Of a DNA stretch of 64,000 nt, positions 10,253 to 18,906 are shown piece by piece. The stretch comes from an uncultured Muribaculaceae bacterium. GTDB taxonomy: Bacteria; Bacillota_I; Bacilli_A; RF39; UBA660. How positions within the stretch are numbered: the stretch's first letter is position 1; every line of letters starts with the position of its first letter. Under the pieces are notes generated by a model that ran no database searches, was not told where the DNA came from, and worked only from the letters and a program-made list of their open reading frames with translations. The translations under genes were made by a program, and so were the position numbers. The stretch lies in NCBI GenBank assembly GCA_964629735.1, contig CAZVQX010000002.1, forward strand, positions 5,493 through 69,492, in the 5' to 3' direction.

Positions 10253-12175
10253 TTACAATAATTCATTTATTAATTCAACAATATTTTCTTTTGAACAACC
10301 ATTCATTTTCATTTTATTAGCACTATCAACTGATTTATTACTTAAATCATTAAAACCTAAAACTTTTATATTATTATTATATTTATATAATAATTGTTTT
10401 AAGGCTGAAGGATAACCATGAAAAACATATATAATGTTTTTACACTCATCAAATAAATTATGTTTTTCTTTTAAAATGGATATATCATAAATATATATTA
10501 GCTTTATTTTATAATTACTTTCTTTACAAACTGATAAACACTCTTTTAATTGATATATGCCTGTTGCTACTAATATAATATCCGGATTAACATAATTTTG
10601 AAAAATTAAATATTTATTCGTGATTAACTTGCTTGCTTTTTTTTTGCTTAATTCAATTAATTCGTGTTTTGTTATAACTATTACATTAATAAAATTATAT
10701 ATTTTATTAACATTTTTTAAAGTCAATATTAGTGAATAATAATCGATTGGGAAAAATACATTACAGTATTTATTTTCATCAATTAATAGATTATTCAAAA
10801 TTTCAGGATTTTGATGAGAATAACAATTTTCTTCCCAAAGACTAGTTAATAATAAATTTAACGAATGGTAACCTTTTTTAGTTTCATATATAAATTTTTT
10901 ATATTGGCTAATTATACTTAAAACAATCGAAGCAAATCCTTCATATGATATAAAAATTCCATTATTACCACCTCTAATATGACCAATTAAGGCAGTTAAA
11001 CAAACATTTTCATTTAATAATTCAAAAATATTTTCTCTATATTTAAGTAATTCTCCTAATTTATTTGAACCTAACTCATCAGGTGAAAAAATTACAAAGT
11101 TTTTATCTAATTTAATTATTGTTTCAAAATAATCAACGCAACAACTTAAGTTATTTGAATATTCATTTTTAAAAGAATAATCCGGATATTTTTTAAATTT
11201 TATTTGATTATAAAAAAATTTATTAATTTTATTTTTCTTAGGAACATATAACTTATTGTTAACGTTTTGTTGACATATATTATACTTTTTTAACCAATCA
11301 ATTACTATTTCTTTTTTTATATTATTAGCTTTTATTTTTAATAATGGATTTTTATGTGAACATAAATTATTTTCAATATTTATATAATTATTACATAAGC
11401 CGGTCATGCCTTTTGGTGTTTTTAAAATAATAATTGAATTTTTATCATAATTCGTTTTACTCAATAATTTATTTAATATTTTTGTGAATTGTAAATGATT
11501 ATTATTAACAATAAAAACTTTATAACCTAAACTATTAAAATGTTTTTTTAAATCTTTATTACTCATTTTAGATAATAAAGATTGACTCCCCATTTTATAG
11601 CCATTTAGATTAATAATTGGCAATATTTTTCCTTTTGACTTTATTATTTGATTTAGCTGCCACGAAGATGAAATAGAACCGGTCTCAGCTTCACCATCGC
11701 CGATTATAGGAATAACCAAAACATCATTTTTAAGGGCAATTCCATACGCTATTGGTAATGAATAACCTAATTCACCACCATCATAAAAAGTATATGGATA
11801 ACTTGCATTAATTTCACTACGATAACCTGTAGATGAACCAAATTGTTCTATTAATTTATTTATCTCTTTGTAATTTAATGGATATGTTTCTGTAAATTGT
11901 GACAAATAATTATTAGCTAAATAAGCATTACCGGCATGACCAGCACCTATTATTGTTACTATATTTAAATTGTTTTTAAAAGCAACATAATTTAAACTTG
12001 AATAAATAAAATTAATATTAGGTACAGCACCCCAATGACCAACTGAATATTTTTTTAATTTAATATTATTTAAGTTTTTGCCTATACTACCGCCTTCAAC
12101 ATACATTGTTGCCAGTGATATAAAATTGGCTAAATTATAATATTTTTTTATTATTCTAATATCTCGTCGGATCAT
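10253..12175 (-). CDS. Phosphoketolase (XFP) family protein. It is a divergent, short paralog of 640 aa with a TPP-binding N-terminal domain.
   Basis: Strong match to the XFP N-terminal signatures: VGHWGAVPNINFIY (GHWGTTPG), GAGHAGNAYLA (GPGHGGPA), YDGGELGYSLPIAYG (EGGELGY), IIGDGEAETGS (GDGEAETG), ILPIINLNGYKM. It is about 185 aa shorter than canonical Xfp, and an active-site His (HEGGELGY) is replaced by Tyr. Confidence 0.65.
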   Translation of the reverse strand: MIRRDIRIIKKYYNLANFISLATMYVEGGSIGKNLNNIKLKKYSVGHWGAVPNINFIYSSLNYVAFKNNLNIVTIIGAGHAGNAYLANNYLSQFTETYPLNYKEINKLIEQFGSSTGYRSEINASYPYTFYDGGELGYSLPIAYGIALKNDVLVIPIIGDGEAETGSISSSWQLNQIIKSKGKILPIINLNGYKMGSQSLLSKMSNKDLKKHFNSLGYKVFIVNNNHLQFTKILNKLLSKTNYDKNSIIILKTPKGMTGLCNNYINIENNLCSHKNPLLKIKANNIKKEIVIDWLKKYNICQQNVNNKLYVPKKNKINKFFYNQIKFKKYPDYSFKNEYSNNLSCCVDYFETIIKLDKNFVIFSPDELGSNKLGELLKYRENIFELLNENVCLTALIGHIRGGNNGIFISYEGFASIVLSIISQYKKFIYETKKGYHSLNLLLTSLWEENCYSHQNPEILNNLLIDENKYCNVFFPIDYYSLILTLKNVNKIYNFINVIVITKHELIELSKKKASKLITNKYLIFQNYVNPDIILVATGIYQLKECLSVCKESNYKIKLIYIYDISILKEKHNLFDECKNIIYVFHGYPSALKQLLYKYNNNIKVLGFNDLSNKSVDSANKMKMNGCSKENIVELINELL

Positions 12176-13767
12176 AACATTATTGAATTATCAAAATGAG
12201 TATACCATAGCGGTCGATAGCACTCCCATGATTGTGGACGACATTTTTTATCTGAGTATATTTTTTCTATATATTTTCTTAAAATTAGATAATACTCTAG
12301 GTCAACAGCTTTTTCATTTAAGATTTTCATATCTTTTTTACTATGTATTTGATATATATTAAAAGTTGGGAAATGTTTGGTTATATCTTTAAAATCAATG
12401 ATAAAATTAATAATATCATCAATCGGATCTAAACCTAATACAAATAAATAATTAGTAGTAATTCCAATACTATTACAGTATTTAATTGCTTCTTTATAAT
12501 CAATAATTGTCACTTTTCTTTTTATTTTGTGCAAAATCTGTTCACGATTATTTATACATTCTACTGTAAAACTAATCATTAAATTATCAATTTTTGTTTT
12601 TACTTTTTTGAGATCCTCTTTATCAATTAATTGAGAGCCTATATAGTGAATTACACCATTAAATCCTAATTTTTCACTAACTGCTTTTATTAATAATAAA
12701 TGATTTATTAGTGATACAGAATTTTCAAAACAACCCGTACAAATTGTAATATATTCTAAATCATCCATACTTTCGTTATTTATTATTTTTTTGAAATAAT
12801 TTGTTAACGATTCTTCGTCTTCTAGTATAATTTCTTCATTATTTACAATAAGATTATTCGGACAAAATAAGCAACCAAAACAATTACTTCTTTGATTAGA
12901 ATTAATTGTTAAAGATTTATTATTATTTCTAAAATAACTAGATGAACAATCATCATTTTCTAATTCGTTGAGCTCACCAATTTCTAATTTATCAAAATAA
13001 ATTCTATTGCCTTCTTCTATAAAGACAGAATTAGGATTATTATACAAACCTAATTTAAACAATTTAGGATAATCATTAAATTTTAATTCAAACCTAACTC
13101 TTGTTGTATTTACACTACTAGTATTAATACCAATCATATTTAAGTAAATTAAGATTATATCATAAAGATGAACATCATATTTTTTACTAATTTTTAGTAA
13201 CTCATCATAACTATATATAATATTTTGAAAATCATATAATTGAATTGCTTTTTCCATTATCTTATTTATAAAATCTCTTTTTTTATTAGTATAAGCTTTT
13301 CTATCTAATTCATTAGATTGTACGATTTTAACTTTTATTTCTTCATATTCTTTTGCCATGCTAAAATGCGTATTTAAATAATCGCGAAAATAAATTGATT
13401 CTTTATAACGAAGACTGTTTTTTTCAACAATATGAATGTAATGAGTTCGATTATTCTCTGGCCCTTTTCTAAGTAAATACTCCCCCTTTACACCATTATC
13501 ATCGCGAAAATCATAATCTTCTAATTTTTCAAAAATGGGAATAAACTGGCGGGCATCATCTAATTTATCAACCGTAATTAACATATCAATAATGGGTTTG
13601 GCTTTTATACCAATTATTGATGTACTACCAATATGTTCAATCTCAACATCATGATCGTTTAAATATGTTTTTAGTAATTTTTTTTCTTTTAAAAATTCTT
13701 TTTCCCATATTGGATTATAATCGTCTAACCTTACTTCATTTTTAGATAAACCTATTATTTTTTTCAT
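12172..13767 (-). CDS. GrpB (UPF0157) nucleotidyltransferase-fold domain fused to an uncharacterized C-terminal domain of about 360 aa with a CxxCxxC triad
   Basis: N-terminal 170 aa: IEHIGSTSIIGIKAKPIIDMLITV...HYIHIV...YFRDYL matches the GrpB family. The C-terminal part has NCFGCLFCPNN and ICTGCFENS but no recognizable family. There are 4-nt overlaps with both neighbouring genes. Confidence 0.6.
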   Translation of the reverse strand: MKKIIGLSKNEVRLDDYNPIWEKEFLKEKKLLKTYLNDHDVEIEHIGSTSIIGIKAKPIIDMLITVDKLDDARQFIPIFEKLEDYDFRDDNGVKGEYLLRKGPENNRTHYIHIVEKNSLRYKESIYFRDYLNTHFSMAKEYEEIKVKIVQSNELDRKAYTNKKRDFINKIMEKAIQLYDFQNIIYSYDELLKISKKYDVHLYDIILIYLNMIGINTSSVNTTRVRFELKFNDYPKLFKLGLYNNPNSVFIEEGNRIYFDKLEIGELNELENDDCSSSYFRNNNKSLTINSNQRSNCFGCLFCPNNLIVNNEEIILEDEESLTNYFKKIINNESMDDLEYITICTGCFENSVSLINHLLLIKAVSEKLGFNGVIHYIGSQLIDKEDLKKVKTKIDNLMISFTVECINNREQILHKIKRKVTIIDYKEAIKYCNSIGITTNYLFVLGLDPIDDIINFIIDFKDITKHFPTFNIYQIHSKKDMKILNEKAVDLEYYLILRKYIEKIYSDKKCRPQSWECYRPLWYTHFDNSIML

Positions 13768-14582
13768 TTGTTCCTCCTCATAATTAATTTTTTTATTTCT
13801 TCTTCAGGAATATTAACTCCAAAAAAATTGTTGCTTTCATAATTGTGAAAATCACTACCACCAGTCATTATTAATTTGTGACGAATACATATTTCTCTTA
13901 ACGCTTGTAACTCTTTTTTGGTGTGATATCGATAATAAACCTCTACTCCACCTGCACCTTGATTTTTTATTTTGATAATTTCATTTTCTATATTATTATC
14001 TTTAGCTAAACCAGAAAAAAACGGATGGGCAATCACTGCTACTCCACCGGCGGCTTTTATTATATTAATAGCTTCAGTTATACTATATTTGTTAATTGGT
14101 ATATAATAATGGGCTTTTTTACCTATGTATTTATCGTAAGCCTCTACTACTTGTGATACATAACCGTTAGCTATCATGGTTTTAACAATACTTTTTTTAT
14201 CAACAATTCCATCATGACTATTATTTTTTACTTCGTCTAAACTAATAAAAATACCATTATTATTTAATAATTCAATAACTTTATTACATATATCTATATT
14301 ACTCTCACGTAATTTTAACATTTTACCCTCAATTTTATCAATGTCTTTTATATTATAACCTAAAATATGTAATTTCCGATAATCGGTCGTTATTTCAATT
14401 GCTGGTATAATGTTTAATTTTAATTCTTCGGCCAATTTTTGATATTGATTATAGCCAATAATAGTATCATGATCAGTTATTGCTAGATTAATTATACCTA
14501 ATTGCTGACAAGTTGTTATAATTGTTTCTGGCTCTAAATCGCCATCCGAATAGGTACTGTGAATGTGAAAGTCTACTTTCAT
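13764..14582 (-). CDS. PHP-domain phosphoesterase (TrpH/YciV RNase AM-like)
   Basis: MKVDFHIHSTYSDGDLEPETII...AITDHDTIIGY...LHILGYN...IAHPF. Strong AGGAGG SD 8 nt upstream. First gene of the cluster. Confidence 0.75.
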   Translation of the reverse strand: MKVDFHIHSTYSDGDLEPETIITTCQQLGIINLAITDHDTIIGYNQYQKLAEELKLNIIPAIEITTDYRKLHILGYNIKDIDKIEGKMLKLRESNIDICNKVIELLNNNGIFISLDEVKNNSHDGIVDKKSIVKTMIANGYVSQVVEAYDKYIGKKAHYYIPINKYSITEAINIIKAAGGVAVIAHPFFSGLAKDNNIENEIIKIKNQGAGGVEVYYRYHTKKELQALREICIRHKLIMTGGSDFHNYESNNFFGVNIPEEEIKKLIMRRNK

Positions 14583-14703
14583 ATAATCACCTCCTAAAAG
14601 TACGTATAATAGCCTAGAAAATTATATTACTAGTTTTAAATAAATATTACCTTATTAATTATTTTATTAATTTTTTTGATTATACTATTTAATAGGTGAT
14701 GGT

Positions 14704-15282
14704 ATGAATCTTGATAAATTAAAAAAAGAATTAGAACAATGTCGCTTATGCGAAGAAAAATTTGGGTTTCGACCTAATCCAGTTTATTTTGGTAATCAAA
14801 ATGTAAAAATTATGCATATATCTCAAGCCCCTTCTAAAAATGTTCACTTAACTAAAAAATCATTTAATGATATTAGTGGTCAAAAATTAAAATATGAATG
14901 GTATCAAATAACAGATGAAGATTTTTATAATCCTAATAATTTTTATATTACTTCAGTCGGGCACTGTTATCCAGGTAAAAATAGAAAAGGCCGTGATAAT
15001 AAACCTCCTAAAATATGTAGAGATATATGGTTAAAAAAAGAAATTGAATTAGTTAACTGCCAATTATATGTAATAGTTGGTAAAGAAGCAGCTGATTTTT
15101 TATTCCCTAAAAGCAACTTTAAAGAACTAGTTTTTAATAATAATATATTTAATAATAAAATAGCATTAGTTCTTCCCCATCCTTCACCTGTTAATATTAA
15201 ATGGTTTTTGGATAATCCTGAATTTGAAAAAACAAGAATAATTGAGATAAGAGCAATAATAAAAGAAGTATTACAACTATAA
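14704..15282 (+). CDS. Uracil-DNA glycosylase superfamily protein (family 4/5-like, with an atypical motif A)
   Basis: N-terminal CRLC. SQAPS sits at the position of GE(A/G)PG motif A. LPHPSPVN matches motif B (HPSP.N). AGGTGATGG SD. Confidence 0.45.
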   Translation: MNLDKLKKELEQCRLCEEKFGFRPNPVYFGNQNVKIMHISQAPSKNVHLTKKSFNDISGQKLKYEWYQITDEDFYNPNNFYITSVGHCYPGKNRKGRDNKPPKICRDIWLKKEIELVNCQLYVIVGKEAADFLFPKSNFKELVFNNNIFNNKIALVLPHPSPVNIKWFLDNPEFEKTRIIEIRAIIKEVLQL

Positions 15283-16104
15283 TACTTCTTTATTTAAACG
15301 TTCTCTAACTTCATTCCAAATCTCCGGCTTAATATCTTCTAATCGTTCTGATAGTCCTAATTCATTCGCACGTTTTTTTACACCACGAATATATATACCT
15401 GTATAATCACTACCTGTAAGTAATGCTTTAGTTAAAACTTCACCCCATTTAATTGTTATATTATTTAATTCACTATTTTTAATTGAATTTATTGGTAAAT
15501 TAATATCATATTGCAGATGAATAAAATTTGGTTGCCAGTGATTATCTATAAATTCAATAATCATTAGACTAGTACCTTTTATTCCGTCAGCAGGTAAACC
15601 GGTGGAACCTGGATTAAAAAATCTAATATTGTTTTTTGAAAATAATAACTGATTATGTTGATGACCAAAAATAACATATTTATACTTAAAGTCTTTTTGC
15701 AAGTATGGAACTTCTTTAAATTTATGAGTAACGTATATTTCAGGGCAACCATCAATATTAACAACTGTTGAACTAGGCATTCTTTTTATATAATCTAAAT
15801 CACTTTGAGTTAACTGTTTATAAGCTAATAATAATGGAGCATTATTATTGTCCAGTGACCATTCACCTTGATTATTAAAATGATAATTAATGAAATAATC
15901 TTCTCGATTACCTTTTACTAACCAATGTTTATATTCATTATTTTTTAATTGAATAAAATCTAAGACCTCTCTTGAGTGAGGTACATCACTAATAAAATCA
16001 CCACACCAAACAATACCATCAAAATTATTATGATCAATATATTCAAAACATTTTTTCAAAGCAAAAATATTCCCGTGAATATCACTTAATACTGCTAACT
16101 TCAT
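15277..16104 (-). CDS. Calcineurin-like metallophosphoesterase (YfcE-like)
   Basis: LSDIHGN, CGDFISD, GNRED, FGHQHN motifs. GAGGAGG SD. Convergent with the UDG-like gene, overlapping it by 6 nt. Confidence 0.75.
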   Translation of the reverse strand: MKLAVLSDIHGNIFALKKCFEYIDHNNFDGIVWCGDFISDVPHSREVLDFIQLKNNEYKHWLVKGNREDYFINYHFNNQGEWSLDNNNAPLLLAYKQLTQSDLDYIKRMPSSTVVNIDGCPEIYVTHKFKEVPYLQKDFKYKYVIFGHQHNQLLFSKNNIRFFNPGSTGLPADGIKGTSLMIIEFIDNHWQPNFIHLQYDINLPINSIKNSELNNITIKWGEVLTKALLTGSDYTGIYIRGVKKRANELGLSERLEDIKPEIWNEVRERLNKEVL

Positions 16105-16123
16105 TTTGACCTCCTCATTTAAA

Positions 16124-16149
16124 ATCTTCTATGAATATTCATAGAAGAT
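16124..16149. promoter_or_regulatory. Perfect 26-bp palindrome between the 207-aa membrane protein gene and the metallophosphoesterase gene. It could be an operator or an attenuator-type hairpin.
   Basis: ATCTTCTATGAATATTCATAGAAGAT is its own reverse complement. On the minus strand it lies 8 nt upstream of the GAGGAGG SD of the downstream gene. Only 3 U follow it on the minus strand, so it is a weak terminator at best. Confidence 0.45.
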
Positions 16150-16154
16150 ATTTT

Positions 16155-16778
16155 TTATTTCATTTCAGCTATTTCTAATCTTTCACCATTATGAATTATT
16201 ACTAAGATTGATTCTGTTTGATAACCTAAATCTTTTTCATAATTAATTAAAGTTTTTATTAAATAAGCATCCTTATCTATTTTATCATTATACTCAAATT
16301 TAGTAGATTCAACTGAAACAATATTAATACCACTCACCACTGGTAATTCTTGTTTACGGTCACCATAAACATTATTTTCAACATGACTATATAATGTATC
16401 TTTAGCAAGTTTTATTAAATCATCTTGATAAGGTTTATAAACAAATTGAACACCGCCAACATCATTTTGATTAATTTTATTTTTCAGCGTAAATAAATCA
16501 CTCAAAAATAATTGACTAATTAATTTGGCATAATTTTCTTCATTTACTTCTTTTTTTGATAATTCTACTTTTAATTCATTAAATAAATTTTTATAGTAAG
16601 TTGTTGCCGTTTCTTTTAATTCATACCCTTTAATATCGTCTACTATTTTTACAGTTTTAACGACTGATTGTTTTTTGGTTTTTTTTAAAAAAACAAATGT
16701 AAAAGCAAAGACTATAAGTACAAATAATAAAATTATTATTATTTTAGATTGTTTTGATTTAAAATTCATTTTTATCAC
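16155..16778 (-). CDS. Membrane-anchored protein of unknown function, with an N-terminal TM helix. Co-transcribed with the LtaS-like gene.
   Basis: 207 aa. Hydrophobic segment IIIILLFVLIVFAFTFVFL. Its start overlaps the LtaS-like stop by 4 nt. Confidence 0.4.
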   Translation of the reverse strand: MIKMNFKSKQSKIIIILLFVLIVFAFTFVFLKKTKKQSVVKTVKIVDDIKGYELKETATTYYKNLFNELKVELSKKEVNEENYAKLISQLFLSDLFTLKNKINQNDVGGVQFVYKPYQDDLIKLAKDTLYSHVENNVYGDRKQELPVVSGINIVSVESTKFEYNDKIDKDAYLIKTLINYEKDLGYQTESILVIIHNGERLEIAEMK

Positions 16779-18793
16779 CCATAATTTTCTATTAATTTAA
16801 TTGTTTCTGATGATTTTTTTATTAAATCATATACAATTATTGAATTCGATACTGATATAACTTCCTCTGCGTGTTTATTATTTTGTTCAATCTCATTAAT
16901 ACTAATTGGTATTTCTGGATTTAATAATTTACCTTCCTTTTTTTGATTATTGTAATACATTTTATTACTAATCCAATTACCATCAGGGAAAACAACAACA
17001 TTATTTTCAACACCAAAAATATCATTACCTAAAGCATATTTATTTTTGAAGCCAAACATATTACCTAAGGTTGGTGCTATATCATACATACCCATTACCT
17101 CTTTAACTTCACCTTTTACTTTTTGGTCTTTTGTCCAGATTATAAATGGAACCTTTTTTAAAACAGCCATATCATAAAAATCTAACTCAATATAATTTGG
17201 ATCATCTTTATCTAAAATAGCATCTGTATATGGATCATAATTATATAATCTTTCATATTCGCTTCGTTTTAACTTAGCATCATGGTCACCATATATAACT
17301 ATAACTGTATTCTCTAATAAACCTTCTTGATCTAATTCTTCAATAAATTGTCCTATTGCTTCATCAGCGTAATGTACTGATTTAAAATAATTTCCAAGTT
17401 TAGTTCCTTCTAAAAATGGTGCTGAAACTTCTTCCATTTTTTTTGTTTCTTCATTATATCTTTCATATTTATAATCAACTTTATAATCAACAAGCCCTTT
17501 TTTTATAATATCTGAAAACGGTGTATGGTTAGTAAGCATAATCATTGTCCCATAAAAATTAGTATGTTGTTCGTTTATTTCTTTTATTTTAGGAATAGCT
17601 TGTTTAAAGAATGATTTATCACTAAGTCCTAATCCAATCTTTTCATTAATGTTAAAATCCTTTGAATGATAGAAACGATCATAACCAAATTCTTTATGAA
17701 CTACATTCCGATTCCAATATGTTCCGTTGTTACCATGCATACTAAATGAATAATATCCTAATTCTTTTAATAATTTAGGAATTGTTACATATTCACGATT
17801 CCAATAGTTAACAAAAACGGTTCCGTTACTAGTTGGCATTAATGATGTATTTAGTGTAAACTCACTATCACTACTTGTCCCTACACCTTCTTGGGCATAA
17901 AAGTTAGAGAAAAATAATCCTTCTCTAGCAAGTTTGTTTAAGTTAGGTGTAAGATCAAGGCCATTAAATTTTTGTTCCATCGTAATTGTTTGAATACTTT
18001 CGGCATGAATTGTAATAATATTTTTTCCTTTAAAAATATCAGTATATTTATTAGTTGTGCTCAAATCTGTTTTGTTTTCATAATATTCCCTAAACACCTT
18101 AGCATTTTCATCATAACCAAATAATGGATTTATTTGTGGTTTTAAACTACTTACTAAATCATTTACATGGTAAGTGTAAACCCCAAATTTCATAACTATA
18201 TATTCTCTATTCCATTGTTTTCCAAAGCGTCCTATATCAAGACCAGTTAAGGTTGATATGAAAAAGCCAATAACAATTAAACCGGCAACTAATGTATTTA
18301 GTGCTCGTACTTTTCCAACTTCTATTTTTTCAACCATTGTAAAATAATCTTTCTTTTTCAATTTATAATTAATATATATCAAAAATATAGGTTGCCATAT
18401 AAATATAAAATCTTTTATTTCTAATATATTTTCAACAACTGCATCAGCAACGTCGAATAATTGTACTGTTGTAGCTAATAATGACGCTGATGCAAATGAT
18501 ATATAATTGGTATAATAAATAGAATTAATTACACATAATGCAGTTAAGAAAATTGAAAAGCCAAAAAAATAACGAAATTGTTTTTTAGGTTTGAAAAAAT
18601 ATCCAAACGCTCCAATAATTAAGACTACTGCTAGGTCAGCCAATATTGGTTTTAATTCTAAATAGTTTTTAACAGTAAAAACTCTTAATAACCAACCATT
18701 TAAAACTAAAGTAATAACAAATGTAAAAAACAATATGTTAGTACTTAAATAAACTTTTGTATTATTTTTAAATCTATTAAGAAATTCTTGCAT
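16775..18793 (-). CDS. LTA synthase (LtaS)-like polytopic membrane protein with an extracytoplasmic sulfatase-fold domain
   Basis: Five N-terminal TM helices, then a sulfatase-like domain (ITIHAESIQ..., GYYSFSMHGNNGTYWNR, VIVIYGDHD). Start moved to the ATG at 18793 (MQEFLN), with a GAGGTG SD 7 nt upstream. Confidence 0.75.
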   Translation of the reverse strand: MQEFLNRFKNNTKVYLSTNILFFTFVITLVLNGWLLRVFTVKNYLELKPILADLAVVLIIGAFGYFFKPKKQFRYFFGFSIFLTALCVINSIYYTNYISFASASLLATTVQLFDVADAVVENILEIKDFIFIWQPIFLIYINYKLKKKDYFTMVEKIEVGKVRALNTLVAGLIVIGFFISTLTGLDIGRFGKQWNREYIVMKFGVYTYHVNDLVSSLKPQINPLFGYDENAKVFREYYENKTDLSTTNKYTDIFKGKNIITIHAESIQTITMEQKFNGLDLTPNLNKLAREGLFFSNFYAQEGVGTSSDSEFTLNTSLMPTSNGTVFVNYWNREYVTIPKLLKELGYYSFSMHGNNGTYWNRNVVHKEFGYDRFYHSKDFNINEKIGLGLSDKSFFKQAIPKIKEINEQHTNFYGTMIMLTNHTPFSDIIKKGLVDYKVDYKYERYNEETKKMEEVSAPFLEGTKLGNYFKSVHYADEAIGQFIEELDQEGLLENTVIVIYGDHDAKLKRSEYERLYNYDPYTDAILDKDDPNYIELDFYDMAVLKKVPFIIWTKDQKVKGEVKEVMGMYDIAPTLGNMFGFKNKYALGNDIFGVENNVVVFPDGNWISNKMYYNNQKKEGKLLNPEIPISINEIEQNNKHAEEVISVSNSIIVYDLIKKSSETIKLIENYG

Positions 18794-18820
18794 TAATTTC
18801 ACCTCATATAAATCTAAATA

Positions 18821-18850
18821 AGTATAACACTTTTTAAATTTTTTTTCAAA
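18821..18850 (-). promoter_or_regulatory. Candidate promoter for the LtaS-like operon
   Basis: On the minus strand: TTGAAA, 18 nt, TATACT, about 25 nt upstream of the SD. Confidence 0.4.
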
Positions 18851-18896
18851 TTAAAAAAGTCCATTACAGACTAATTGACATGGCAGCAATGGACTA
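18851..18896 (-). terminator. Terminator-like hairpin after the YihY gene
   Basis: AGTCCATT/AATGGACT 8-bp stem with a long loop of about 22 nt. Followed by TTTTTTAATTTG on the minus strand. Confidence 0.4.
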
Positions 18897-18906
18897 TTGA
18901 AAATTA

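Noticed and set aside
12880-12910. The CFGCLFC motif as a radical-SAM CxxxCxxC cluster
   Set aside because: The spacing is Cx2Cx2C, not Cx3Cx2C. No GGE-like or other radical-SAM motifs are visible, so I only report it as an unassigned Cys triad.
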